Assembly (NCBI GenBank): GCA_015059065.1
Contig: SVBE01000006.1
Coordinates: 4,412 to 68,411, forward strand
Length of the DNA stretch: 64,000 bases
Reading direction: 5' to 3'
Source: Erysipelotrichaceae bacterium
Lineage (GTDB): Bacteria; Bacillota_I; Bacilli_A; RFN20; CAG-826
Shown here: piece by piece, positions 27,681-37,203 of the stretch
Position numbering within the stretch: the stretch's first letter is position 1
How the letters are laid out: each line of letters starts with the position of its first letter
Program-made: the position numbers and the translations under genes
Notes under the pieces: model-generated
Told to the model about the DNA's origin: nothing
Databases searched by the model: none
What the model saw: the letters and a program-made list of their open reading frames with translations, nothing else

Positions 27681-28787
27681 TTATTTTTTTAACCAACCTG
27701 GGAGGAAATCGATATCCTCATCGCTGCTCAACTCTTCTTTGACCTCTTCTTGGGCGATTTCTGTTGGAGTTTCCGCAACTGGAGCTTCTACAGCTGGAGA
27801 AGGCGCCACGACATCTTGTTTAGAGAAGTCCACTTCATGATCGAAGTCACTAGCGATGACGCTGACTAAGATTTCATCGGATAATTGGTCATTGATGCTG
27901 ACGCCGAATTTGACATCAATATCGGCACCTGCTGCATTAGTCAGTAGGTTAACGGCTTGCTGTGCATCAAATAGGCTTACTTGGGGGCCACAAGTCACGG
28001 CCACAATCGCTCTTTTCGCCCCTCTAATAGAAGCTTCTAATAATGGAGAATTGACTGCATTTTCTGCCGCTTGTTTGGCTCTACCTGGGCCACTCCCCAT
28101 ACCAAAGCCGATTAAAGAGACACCAGAATTCTCAAGCGTGGATTTCACATCGGCGAAGTCGAGGTTGATAATCGCTGGTAATAATATTAAATTGACCACT
28201 GTTTTCACAGATTGAGCTAAAACTTTATCGGATTCGTTGAAAGCTTCAGAGATTGGTTGATTGCCGCTCATGACGAGAAGCTTATCGTTGCTCACGACGA
28301 TGATGGAATCGACTTGTTCTTTTAAATTGTTTAATCCATCAATAGAATTGATGAATCTTCTTTTTCCTTCAAAACCAAATGGGCGTGTGACGATGGCGAC
28401 CACTAATGCGCCAGCTTCTTTTGCCGCGCGAGCGATAACTGGGGCAGCACCTGTACCAGTGCCTCCACCCATACCGGCCGCGATAAAGACCATATTTGCC
28501 CCTTTGACGATTTCATTGATATCGTCGATGCTCGCTTCGGCAGCTTTACGTCCGATTTCTGGATTGCCACCAGCACCTAAACCATTAGTGATCTCTTGAC
28601 CGAGGATTAATCTCTTATTGCTCTTAGAGGTAGATAAGGCTTGTTTATCGGTATTCGCAACGACGAATGTGACGTTTTCAATCTCTTCATCAATCATTCG
28701 ATTGACCGCGTTATTACCCGCTCCACCAACACCGATGACGACGATTCTAGCCGCAGGTTCGAAGTTGTCTAAATCATAATTTTCCAT
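27681..28787 (-). CDS. ftsZ: Cell division GTPase FtsZ
   Basis: Tubulin signature GGGTGTGAAPVIA, T7 loop NLDFADV; 368 aa with acidic C-terminal tail. Confidence 0.95.
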   Translation of the reverse strand: MENYDLDNFEPAARIVVIGVGGAGNNAVNRMIDEEIENVTFVVANTDKQALSTSKSNKRLILGQEITNGLGAGGNPEIGRKAAEASIDDINEIVKGANMVFIAAGMGGGTGTGAAPVIARAAKEAGALVVAIVTRPFGFEGKRRFINSIDGLNNLKEQVDSIIVVSNDKLLVMSGNQPISEAFNESDKVLAQSVKTVVNLILLPAIINLDFADVKSTLENSGVSLIGFGMGSGPGRAKQAAENAVNSPLLEASIRGAKRAIVAVTCGPQVSLFDAQQAVNLLTNAAGADIDVKFGVSINDQLSDEILVSVIASDFDHEVDFSKQDVVAPSPAVEAPVAETPTEIAQEEVKEELSSDEDIDFLPGWLKK

Positions 28788-28801
28788 ATGTTTCCTCCTC
28801 C

Positions 28802-30010
28802 TTATTTACTCTCACGAGATAGAGAAATTGTCTTCTGTTGGGTATCATCGTTAACATTTGGATAGCGATGTTGACATAAGATGACGCCTAAGGCATTAAC
28901 AAGGCCTAAATACCTTGCTCCTAACACTTTATTAGTTCCTAATAACACTTTATCATTAGGGAGTTTTGGTTCAATGTATTTGACTAAGCCACCGAGAAGG
29001 GAACCACCACCGACGAGGATGAGAGGAATCTTCTCATATGCCAAAGCGTTATTCTTATAGTTTTCAAGAAGCGATTTGATGCAGCTATAGATTTGACCGC
29101 TTAAGATATCGAGTTCGGATTTGATGATGGCGTTTAAATGTGAGACTTTATGTTCCACTGTATTGCCATTTTCATCTAAGCTGGTGCAGATCGTCGCATC
29201 GAAAGTATATTCTCGAGTGTCGTATCCATATAATATTTTATATTTCTCCGCATCCGCTTCATTGATGTTGAAATTCGCGATGATCTTCTCAGTAATGTTA
29301 TCTCCACCCCAAGAGAAGAAACGAGAATCATATAATTCCTTCTGTCCGATTAAAGAGACAGTTGTAACATTGCTACCGATATCGACTAAGAAATAGTCCG
29401 TTGGCATATCCTCGTATGTGGATAATAATTGCGCTGCGCCTTGTGGGGCGATAATCGAACGCTTGACGATGAAGTTTGCATCATGGGCGGCGTTCCTATA
29501 GGCGAGATAAATATTAGTTGGTAAACTATGAAGTCTAATCACCGCGCTTAAAGAGGAGGAAACTTGTCCCATAGGGATATAATCAAACGTTCTTCCCCCA
29601 TCTAAATCGAAATGACATGGGATTGCATCCACGAGGGAGTTATTGAGTCCCACTTGGCTCTTCATCACCAAAGAATATAAATTCTTAATATCTAATTCGC
29701 TGACTTGATTGCCTTCACTAACTAAATTAGTAGATTGTTTTGTTTGATATACTGTTAAACCGAAAGGTGGAATCACTAAAATGATTTCGCCGATGGTGAT
29801 TTTAAGCTTTGCTTGGGAGTCTTCGATGAAGTTTAAACTTCTTAAGCCGTTTAATAAAGCTGTCTCATCTGTCACTACCCCATTATCTAAAATAAGACCC
29901 GTATTTCTCGTGGTCGTATAGATGATTTGGACTTGCCCATCGATTACATAACCGACGACAAGTTTGATGCATTTAGAGCAAATCTCAATTACAGCAATAG
30001 GTTTTTCCAT
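28802..30010 (-). CDS. ftsA: Cell division protein FtsA-like (actin/HSP70 fold)
   Basis: Directly upstream of ftsZ. Actin-like ATPase motifs (VDIGSNVTTVSL, LVGGGSLLGGL). Divergent from canonical FtsA. Confidence 0.7.
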   Translation of the reverse strand: MEKPIAVIEICSKCIKLVVGYVIDGQVQIIYTTTRNTGLILDNGVVTDETALLNGLRSLNFIEDSQAKLKITIGEIILVIPPFGLTVYQTKQSTNLVSEGNQVSELDIKNLYSLVMKSQVGLNNSLVDAIPCHFDLDGGRTFDYIPMGQVSSSLSAVIRLHSLPTNIYLAYRNAAHDANFIVKRSIIAPQGAAQLLSTYEDMPTDYFLVDIGSNVTTVSLIGQKELYDSRFFSWGGDNITEKIIANFNINEADAEKYKILYGYDTREYTFDATICTSLDENGNTVEHKVSHLNAIIKSELDILSGQIYSCIKSLLENYKNNALAYEKIPLILVGGGSLLGGLVKYIEPKLPNDKVLLGTNKVLGARYLGLVNALGVILCQHRYPNVNDDTQQKTISLSRESK

Positions 30011-30222
30011 GCTTGTATTCTAACTCAATTCCCTATATTTAACAATATTTGTTAATAAAAACTAAAGAAAACGTTAAAAAAACTACTAGAAAACTACTAA
30101 TTGTCCTATCAAAAGAAAATGGCCACGAGTGCTGATCGTGACCACTATTGACAACATTCTTTCCGTTAATTATGGATCTAACAATAATCTATATCGTTAA
30201 TGAGGAGGTAATGGAAAGAATA

Positions 30223-30462
30223 TTATGCACTGTAAGTAAGGTAGCTCGAACTGCTGGAGCTACTGGATTCAGAAGATTCTTCATTCTCCTCTTCTTCCTC
30301 TTCGGCTTTCAGTCTTTCAATCTCAGAATTCTTCAAGGAGATGTAGGTTGGAATTGCAAATGAGCCAACACCAGCAAAAACCAAAAGCGAAAGAACGCTC
30401 ATACGACGAATCGTATAATACCAACGTTTGTGATTAGTTTTGTTGATTTTGTCCTTCATCAC
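30223..30462 (-). CDS. Small single-TM protein with coiled-coil/acidic tail (FtsL-like position between rsmH and ftsA)
   Basis: 79 aa. Basic N-terminus, one TM helix (VLSLLVFAGVGSFAIPTYI), then EIERLKAEEEEEENEESSESSSSSSSS. Position matches ftsL in dcw clusters. Start could be the internal Met (MSVLSLL). Confidence 0.45.
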   Translation of the reverse strand: MMKDKINKTNHKRWYYTIRRMSVLSLLVFAGVGSFAIPTYISLKNSEIERLKAEEEEEENEESSESSSSSSSSYLTYSA

Positions 30463-31395
30463 TCATTTCCTTTCAATGATTCTCAGTTTTGCGCTATGAG
30501 CGCGATTATTAATTTCTAATTCTTCTTCTTTAGCAACGATTGGTTTATTGGTGATTTGGATGAAATCCACTTCTTTTCTTATCGATGGACCATCGATGCG
30601 ATCACCCTCAACAGTTGTTAACGATTTAAAGAATTGTTTAACAATTCTATCTTCCAGCGAGTGGAAGGTAATCACCGCGAGCCTACCATGTGGGGCTAAA
30701 AGTTTAGTGACATCCACTAAAGTATTTCTTAAGATGTTGAGTTCATCGTTGACCTCAATTCTTAAAGCTTGAAATACTTGTTTAGCGGGATGACCAGCTT
30801 TCTTTAATTCTTTCGCGGGTTTACTATTTTTGATAATCTCCACTAACTGAAACGTAGTTTCAATCGGGGAAATATCCCTCGCTTTAATAATATTTCGACT
30901 AATGGAATGGGCGAATCTCTCTTCGCCGTATTCTTGAAAGATTCTAATTAGGTCTTTTTCTGAATAAGTATTAACAACATCCCGAGCTGTTAACTCTCTT
31001 CTTTGATCCATCCTCATGTCGAGATTAGCATCGACGCGGTATGAGAAACCACGACTACCATCATCGAATTGAGGTGAGGAAACACCTAAATCCATCAAGA
31101 TACCGTCAAACTTTCCTTCCATCCCTTCGCTAGACAATGTCGAATAGGCGGATAAGAAATTTTGATGATAGAGTTTGTAATGGCTACTGATTTTTTTTAA
31201 TCGTTCACCACTTTCTTTGATCGCTGTTTCATCTTGGTCGAATCCATATAACCACCCTTGGTCGATTCGAGAAAGAATGACTGAAGAATGTCCAGCTCTA
31301 CCGATTGTGAGATCGAGATAATGACCATTTGGTTTGATGTTAAGACCATCAATTACTTCATTTAGAAGTACTGGTATATGTTCTCCCATAATCAT
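30463..31395 (-). CDS. rsmH: 16S rRNA (cytosine1402-N4)-methyltransferase RsmH (MraW)
   Basis: HIPVLLNEV...DLTIGRAGHS...DLGVSSPQFD signature; 310 aa; downstream of mraZ. Confidence 0.95.
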   Translation of the reverse strand: MIMGEHIPVLLNEVIDGLNIKPNGHYLDLTIGRAGHSSVILSRIDQGWLYGFDQDETAIKESGERLKKISSHYKLYHQNFLSAYSTLSSEGMEGKFDGILMDLGVSSPQFDDGSRGFSYRVDANLDMRMDQRRELTARDVVNTYSEKDLIRIFQEYGEERFAHSISRNIIKARDISPIETTFQLVEIIKNSKPAKELKKAGHPAKQVFQALRIEVNDELNILRNTLVDVTKLLAPHGRLAVITFHSLEDRIVKQFFKSLTTVEGDRIDGPSIRKEVDFIQITNKPIVAKEEELEINNRAHSAKLRIIERK

Positions 31396-31820
31396 TTGTC
31401 GAACTGAATATGTTCAGCGATTGCCTCAAATGATTCATCAACACTCTTTTCGTATTCTGCATATTTATCTGCGTTCCATACTTCGAAATGATCACCAACC
31501 CCAATGACTGTCACTTCCTTTGACAAGCCATATTTATTCATGATCTGAGTAGGAATCTGAATTCTCCCTTGCTTATCGACGTCGATCTCGAAAGCACTGG
31601 CGAGTTGATTACGAATGTAATCACGTGAATCCTTGAGATTAAATGACAAAGCGGAGATTTTTTCAACGATTGATTCGAAGGTACTTGCTTTATAAATGGA
31701 GATACATCCATCAAAACCTTTCAAGATGAAAACTTTCACTCCTGCTTCTTCCCTCATTCTACGAGGAATCATCAGGCGGTTCTTTTCATCGATGGTATGA
31801 TTGAATTGTCCAAAAAACAT
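31392..31820 (-). CDS. mraZ: Transcriptional regulator MraZ
   Basis: Two MraZ repeats with DxxxR motifs (IDEKNRLMIPRRMR and VDKQGRIQIPTQI); 142 aa; overlaps rsmH start by 4 nt. Confidence 0.9.
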   Translation of the reverse strand: MFFGQFNHTIDEKNRLMIPRRMREEAGVKVFILKGFDGCISIYKASTFESIVEKISALSFNLKDSRDYIRNQLASAFEIDVDKQGRIQIPTQIMNKYGLSKEVTVIGVGDHFEVWNADKYAEYEKSVDESFEAIAEHIQFDK

Positions 31821-31929
31821 TTACCACTTTTCCCCACTTTCTACCACTTGCACTTTTATTTTCACTAAAAAACGCTACATTGTCAACAACAAATTGCGCA
31901 TATATGAAAAAACGAAGGTTGCCCTCCGT

Positions 31930-32105
31930 TATATTACCTTTAAGTATTTTCCTATTTTTCGCTTTCTATTAATCTTTTAAGTATTTTCCTTAAGGGACCA
32001 TTAAGCGAGAATTCTCTTATTAATTCTCTAAATATTCTCCTTGCTATATAACCTTTAAGTATTTTCCTTGACTTTGGCCTATAACCCTTTAAGTATTTTC
32101 CCTTT
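31930..32105. repeat. Four direct repeats of ~16 nt (CCTTTAAGTATTTTCC) spaced 30-75 bp apart in the mraZ upstream region
   Basis: The copies read tattacctttaagtattttccta, atcttttaagtattttccttaa, tataacctttaagtattttccttg and tataaccctttaagtattttccctt. They lie between the YceD-like gene end (32104) and the mraZ start (31820). Confidence 0.8.
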
Positions 32106-32595
32106 AATTGAGATCGATATCATCAAGAGCAGCCCATCGCGCATCCCTACGCATTTTTGCTCTTTCTTCTTGCAATTCTTCTTCTTTCAAGACTCGGTAG
32201 CCACTTCCATCTGAGGGTCTACTTGCGCCAGGCTTAGTGACATTAAGAGGAACTGAGCTATCAATAAGAGCAATAATCACCCCTTCTAAATCGATGAAAT
32301 TATTATTGATTTTATAATCGCCTTCATCGTCATCTCTTGCTGATATTCTTTCTTTGAAAGAAAATTTGAATGGAAATTCTTCTAATGTATATGAACAAAT
32401 CGCTGTTAATGTCCCTTTTATTTTTAAGGTGATATCAAAAGCTTCCTCAAAACGGGTAAAAGAGATATTTGCATGACATTCGTCGATTCTTTTTATGCGT
32501 GAATCGCTAGGAAAAGTAACCTTACTTAAATCGATATCTTCATCGAGTTCGTAATGCTTATTTATCTCGTAATTACTAACGACTAATCGAAACAT
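32104..32595 (-). CDS. DUF177 (YceD/YlbN-like) protein
   Basis: 163 aa ending in the ...RRDARWAALDDI motif that resembles the DPRWAAL/DPRMAKL C-terminus of YceD/YlbN. Lacks the usual CxxC pairs. Located downstream of pheT. Confidence 0.4.
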   Translation of the reverse strand: MFRLVVSNYEINKHYELDEDIDLSKVTFPSDSRIKRIDECHANISFTRFEEAFDITLKIKGTLTAICSYTLEEFPFKFSFKERISARDDDEGDYKINNNFIDLEGVIIALIDSSVPLNVTKPGASRPSDGSGYRVLKEEELQEERAKMRRDARWAALDDIDLN

Positions 32596-35024
32596 TATCC
32601 TCTTAATTCCGCCTTGAAATTCTTCGCTAAATCGAATTTGATTTGGTCTTCGACCAAGGTGATCTCTTTTTCTTGTAAAGTATGATCTTTAGAAGCGTAG
32701 GTGATACGAATCGCTAAAGACTTCTTTCCGAGCAATGAGACAGGTGCTCCATAATAGACATCGAAGACTTCAACATTCGTGACGATGCCTTTTCCAGACA
32801 TCTTCACCATCTTGATGACATCTCCAGAATTGATGTTGACGTCGATTAATAAAGCTAAGTCACGGGAGACAGAAGGATATTTACTAATCTCTGCCATCTT
32901 GATTTGACTGACTTTCGCTTCAAGAAGCGGAGAAATATTCATCTCTAACACCACTACCGCATTCTTTCCTAATTCATATCTATCTTTGGCACGTGGATGA
33001 AGTTCACCAAAACGTCCAATTAATTGGTTTTGGAAATAGATCTCCGCGGATCTACCAGGATGTAATAATTCGCCTTGGAGTTTATTAACGTCGAAACGAT
33101 AACGGCTATTTTCCACTCCTAAGAGGCTGAAGAGGTTTTCCACTAAGCCTTTCATATGATAAAAATCATATGGTTCTTCTTTTAATAATCCTTGTTTACT
33201 ATTAACTCCACATAAAGCGATTGCGAGATGGGTAGTTTGAGATTTCTTACTGATCATCTCACTGACTTCAAAAAGTGGAATATTCTTCGCTTGTCTAGCG
33301 ACATTATAACTCACCGATTCAAGTAAGCTATGAAGGATATGGGTGCGGAACATCTCCCTGTCTTCCATAAGTGGATTGAGGAGTTGATAAGCTTCTTCGT
33401 TATGGAGTAAATTGAAGCAATTGACTTCATTTTTATTCACGAGTGAATAAGTTAAAGCTTCACATAAACCGCTGGAGAGGAGATAATCCCTGATTAATTT
33501 TTGACGATTTTGCTTTAATGTAAGTCCTCCAACAGTTGTTGGTAAGACTGGCAATTTCATATCGACATTATCATATCCGAGGAGACGAATCACTTCTTCA
33601 GAGATATCGGCATTACCAGAGATATCTAATCTAAAGGATGGAACTTTGACCAATAATTTATCGCCTTCTTCTTTAACCACAAACTGTAATCTTGTTAAGA
33701 CATCGACAATTTGTTCTTTCGTAAACGAAGTTGCTAAACGAGCGTTGATTTTATTAATAGTCGTTTCCACTACTTGTTCTTTATATTCTTCGCTTTGATA
33801 AGTGACGATATCGCTAACTGCTGTGGCTTCACAAAGTTCACGGCAAAGTTTAGAAGCTAAAGCGATGACTTGTTCGGATTGGAAATGGTTTGTCCCTTTG
33901 ACAAAGCGTTGGCTTGATTCACTGACTAAACCGAGTCTAGTCGATGTGTGTCTAATAGAGGCACCATCAAAAGAAGCAGCTTCAATATAAATGTTCTTGG
34001 TTGATTCATCGACCGCGCATTCTAATGAGCCCATCACCCCACCTAAACACATTGGTTTATTATCTGTAGTGATGACGATATCACCTTCAATAAGATCATA
34101 ATTATTTTCATCAAGAGCGACAAATCCACCTTGATAATTGCTTTTAGCAATTAATTCTTTCTTTGCTAATTTATCAGCGTCATACATATGGAGAGGTTGA
34201 CCGGTTAGCAACATCACATAGTTACCGATATCGACGATATTATTGATGCTTCTCACTCCTTCTGCCATCAGGAATTCTGAGATATATTTTGGAGAAGGTT
34301 TAGTGACTATTCCTCTAATCTCACAACCGGAGAATTGACTGCAAGAAGGAGTTTCACTACCAACTTTGAGTTCTGTCTTAAAATCAGCTTTATGTTCAAA
34401 AGTTGGAATAGATACAGGACGGGCAAATATCGCTCCCACTTCTCTAGCCACATTATAAATGGATAATAAATCAGGACGATTAGCTAAAACATTGAGGTTT
34501 AAGATCGTATCATCTAAACCAAGATATCCTAAAACATCTTCTTCACCAACAGGAGCGTCATTAGGCAGTTCTTCAATACCTTTAGTTTGGTATTCAGATA
34601 AATATTTGCTATCAACACCGAGTTCAAGCAAGGAACAACACATGCCGTTAGATTCCACTCCTCTAATCACGGATGGTTTGATTTCAATCTGTGGTAATTT
34701 TGCCCCAGGACGAGCGACGATGACTTTTAGGCCAGTTCGCGCGTTGGGCGCGCCACATACTATTTGATTAACCCCATATTTCTCCCCTAAATTTACATTG
34801 AGAACGTGGAGGTGATCACTATCTGGATGATTGACACAAGAAATGATTTCACCAATCACTAAATTCGTACCGCTTGCTAAAGTGACGCATTCTTCTACTT
34901 CCACTCCAGCAAATGTTAAGCCCTTGGTTAAGGATTCAACACTGATATCTTTGATATCAACATATTCATTTAATTTCTTAACTGATACTAACATGGTCTC
35001 TTCCTCCTTAGGCTTTCTTTTCAA
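32595..35024 (-). CDS. pheT: Phenylalanyl-tRNA synthetase beta subunit
   Basis: N-terminal tRNA-binding (EMAP/OB) domain, B3/B4 and B5 domains, C-terminal FDX-ACB; 809 aa; overlaps pheS. Confidence 0.95.
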   Translation of the reverse strand: MKRKPKEEETMLVSVKKLNEYVDIKDISVESLTKGLTFAGVEVEECVTLASGTNLVIGEIISCVNHPDSDHLHVLNVNLGEKYGVNQIVCGAPNARTGLKVIVARPGAKLPQIEIKPSVIRGVESNGMCCSLLELGVDSKYLSEYQTKGIEELPNDAPVGEEDVLGYLGLDDTILNLNVLANRPDLLSIYNVAREVGAIFARPVSIPTFEHKADFKTELKVGSETPSCSQFSGCEIRGIVTKPSPKYISEFLMAEGVRSINNIVDIGNYVMLLTGQPLHMYDADKLAKKELIAKSNYQGGFVALDENNYDLIEGDIVITTDNKPMCLGGVMGSLECAVDESTKNIYIEAASFDGASIRHTSTRLGLVSESSQRFVKGTNHFQSEQVIALASKLCRELCEATAVSDIVTYQSEEYKEQVVETTINKINARLATSFTKEQIVDVLTRLQFVVKEEGDKLLVKVPSFRLDISGNADISEEVIRLLGYDNVDMKLPVLPTTVGGLTLKQNRQKLIRDYLLSSGLCEALTYSLVNKNEVNCFNLLHNEEAYQLLNPLMEDREMFRTHILHSLLESVSYNVARQAKNIPLFEVSEMISKKSQTTHLAIALCGVNSKQGLLKEEPYDFYHMKGLVENLFSLLGVENSRYRFDVNKLQGELLHPGRSAEIYFQNQLIGRFGELHPRAKDRYELGKNAVVVLEMNISPLLEAKVSQIKMAEISKYPSVSRDLALLIDVNINSGDVIKMVKMSGKGIVTNVEVFDVYYGAPVSLLGKKSLAIRITYASKDHTLQEKEITLVEDQIKFDLAKNFKAELRG

Positions 35025-36045
35025 ATTGACGTAAGAATCTCACGTCGTTTGTATATAATTTACGAATATCGTCGATGCCGTATCTAAGCATCGCGACTCT
35101 TTCAATACCGATACCAAAGGCTAATCCAGAATACACTTCAGGATCATAACCATTCATCTTTAAGACATTTGGATGGACCATACCACCACCAAGGATTTCT
35201 ATCCACCCGGTGCCTTTACACATCGAGCAGCCCTTACCACCACAGTTGAAGCAAGAGATATCCACTTCCACGCTTGGTTCAGTAAATGGGAAGTAAGAAC
35301 TTCTTAAACGAATTTCTCTCTTTTCACCAAACATCTTTTTAGCGAATAAGGAAAGCAAAGCTTTTAAGTGTCCAATGTTGATATCCTTATCAATTAACAA
35401 ACCTTCCACTTGGGCGAATTGATGGGAATGGAAAGCATCATCGTTATCGCGACGATATGTCTTACCTGGGCAGATGATCTTCACAGGTTGACCTTTCGCT
35501 TCTTGCATCGTATGGGCTTGCACTGGAGAAGTATGGGTTCTTAATAATGTATTATTATCGATATAGAATGTATCTTGCATATCACGAGCAGGGTGATCTT
35601 TTGGAATATTTAAAAGTTCGAAGTTGAATAAATCGCTTTCCACTTCTGGTCCACTAGCAACGGAAAAGCCCATGCCAGTAAAGATTTCAATCATCTCATC
35701 TTGTATGATATAGAATGGGTTTTTGCCACCCAACTCCACTTTCTTACCTGGAAGAGAGATATCGATTTTTTCACTTTCTAATTGTTTTGATAATTCAATA
35801 TTGGCAATCTCTTGTTGCTTCTTGTTAAGAGCTTCGCTGATGCGAGCCTTCGCGTCATTGACTAATTTACCAAAATCTTTTCTTTCTTCAGGGGACATAG
35901 AACCAAGGAGTGACATCAGTCCCATGAGTTCGCTTTTCTTAGCTAGGTAGTTATTACGGATCGCATTGATCACATCGCCTTTATCCGCTTTTGAAATTTC
36001 TTCTAAGGCGCGATCAACGATTTCCTTTACTTTTAAATTTTCCAT
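35008..36045 (-). CDS. pheS: Phenylalanyl-tRNA synthetase alpha subunit
   Basis: Class II motifs (FRxE: YFPFTEPSVEVD; motif 3 GLAFGIGIERVAMLRYGI); 345 aa. Confidence 0.95.
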   Translation of the reverse strand: MENLKVKEIVDRALEEISKADKGDVINAIRNNYLAKKSELMGLMSLLGSMSPEERKDFGKLVNDAKARISEALNKKQQEIANIELSKQLESEKIDISLPGKKVELGGKNPFYIIQDEMIEIFTGMGFSVASGPEVESDLFNFELLNIPKDHPARDMQDTFYIDNNTLLRTHTSPVQAHTMQEAKGQPVKIICPGKTYRRDNDDAFHSHQFAQVEGLLIDKDINIGHLKALLSLFAKKMFGEKREIRLRSSYFPFTEPSVEVDISCFNCGGKGCSMCKGTGWIEILGGGMVHPNVLKMNGYDPEVYSGLAFGIGIERVAMLRYGIDDIRKLYTNDVRFLRQFEKKA

Positions 36046-36079
36046 ACATTCACCTCGTAATCTAAAAGATTATAGCACA

Positions 36080-36110
36080 AAAAAAGCAATAAATAAATAT
36101 TGCTTTTCTT
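36080..36110. terminator. Bidirectional rho-independent terminator (agcaat-aaataaat-attgct flanked by A-run/T-run)
   Basis: Stem agcaat/attgct at 36085..36104 with TTTCTT on plus and TTTTTTT on minus. Lies between the lipoprotein gene's 3' end and the pheS start. Confidence 0.55.
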
Positions 36111-36130
36111 ATATATTATTGGTCTAAAAA

Positions 36131-37192
36131 CTATTCAGCGTCAGATCCACCGTTTGGCATTAAACCACCGATGATTTGAGAGATGAATCCCATCAAGGCT
36201 TCTGGACTCTTATAGTCAGTGAAATCTGGTGTCTCAATACCATATTTGCTGAAGTCGAGTTTCGCTTCGACATCGAGAGAAAGTTTGCTAGTTGTTGGAT
36301 TTTCTGCATCATCACCTTTATAGGAAATGTCGCCAGCAACTTTAACGCCAGAGAAGACACCCTTACCATCAGTAGTCACTTCAAGAGTTAAATTGATGGC
36401 ATCACATTGACCTTTAACTGGAAGTGGTAGGCTGCTTTGTTCACTCATCTCTTTGTTGATGAGAGCTGGGTCATTTAAAGTTAATTTTAAAGTGTAGGTA
36501 TTGTCGCCTTTATTATGAGTTAAACTCATAATCTTTTGTAAATCTTCATCTTCGATTAACTCTGCATAATCATTGATTCTTGTCGAGATATTTTCAAGAG
36601 TGACATCTTCTTTTTTAACGATTGGGAATTGTTCATCTTTGATAACATCTTTGATCACATATTTGCCTTTTCCTAAAGCTGTTTTTAAGGCTGAGGAGAT
36701 GAGTTGGTTGCCACCAAGAAGATCACTAACGATGGAAACAAGACCATCCATCAATGAAGTACTAGAGATGTCGACATATAAGTTTTTATTATTGAGGTAT
36801 GCACCCATGGAGAAGTCTTTAACTTGATAACTCTTCTTTTCTCCTTCTGCTTTTTGATAGTCAACTCCAAAGGAGAAGTTCTTGAAGACGATACCTGCTT
36901 CTAATTTCGGGGCTTCTGTTGTGTAAACGTTTTTCGCTCCTAAAACGACTTGACCAGAGACAGGAACTTTAGCAGTTAAATCACCACGTGTGACATCAAG
37001 ATTGAATGATTTGATGTCAACAGTAAGTGTCGCACATTCGTTATCCCCATAAGCATCAGCTGTGGTTTTCACTAATTCTGGTAATTCCTTTTTAAGGGCT
37101 TCTTCGTTATTGATTGTTTCCACGCCTTGCGCACCACATGCAGTCATTGGAACAACGCATAATAACAAACTTAATAATTTTGCTTTTTTCAT
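36131..37192 (-). CDS. Putative lipoprotein (353 aa), function unknown
   Basis: MKKAKLLSLLLCVVPMTACGAQ has a signal peptide with lipobox (MTAC); no recognisable enzymatic motifs. Confidence 0.6.
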   Translation of the reverse strand: MKKAKLLSLLLCVVPMTACGAQGVETINNEEALKKELPELVKTTADAYGDNECATLTVDIKSFNLDVTRGDLTAKVPVSGQVVLGAKNVYTTEAPKLEAGIVFKNFSFGVDYQKAEGEKKSYQVKDFSMGAYLNNKNLYVDISSTSLMDGLVSIVSDLLGGNQLISSALKTALGKGKYVIKDVIKDEQFPIVKKEDVTLENISTRINDYAELIEDEDLQKIMSLTHNKGDNTYTLKLTLNDPALINKEMSEQSSLPLPVKGQCDAINLTLEVTTDGKGVFSGVKVAGDISYKGDDAENPTTSKLSLDVEAKLDFSKYGIETPDFTDYKSPEALMGFISQIIGGLMPNGGSDAE

Positions 37193-37203
37193 ATAATACT
37201 CCT

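Noticed and set aside
30011-30222. Near-palindrome ggccacgagtgctgatcgtgaccac in the ftsA upstream region considered as an operator/sRNA
   Set aside because: The palindrome is imperfect, with a mismatch in each arm, and there is no supporting repeat elsewhere in the window; noted only as a possible promoter-region element.
30148-30363. Plus-strand ORF (71 aa) overlapping the FtsL-like gene
   Set aside because: Antisense to the small TM protein gene and to its acidic tail region; no RBS.
31930-32105. Direct-repeat array considered as a possible CRISPR array
   Set aside because: Only four short (16-nt) repeats with irregular 30-75-nt spacing, no cas genes, and located in the mraZ promoter; a regulatory-site array is more plausible.
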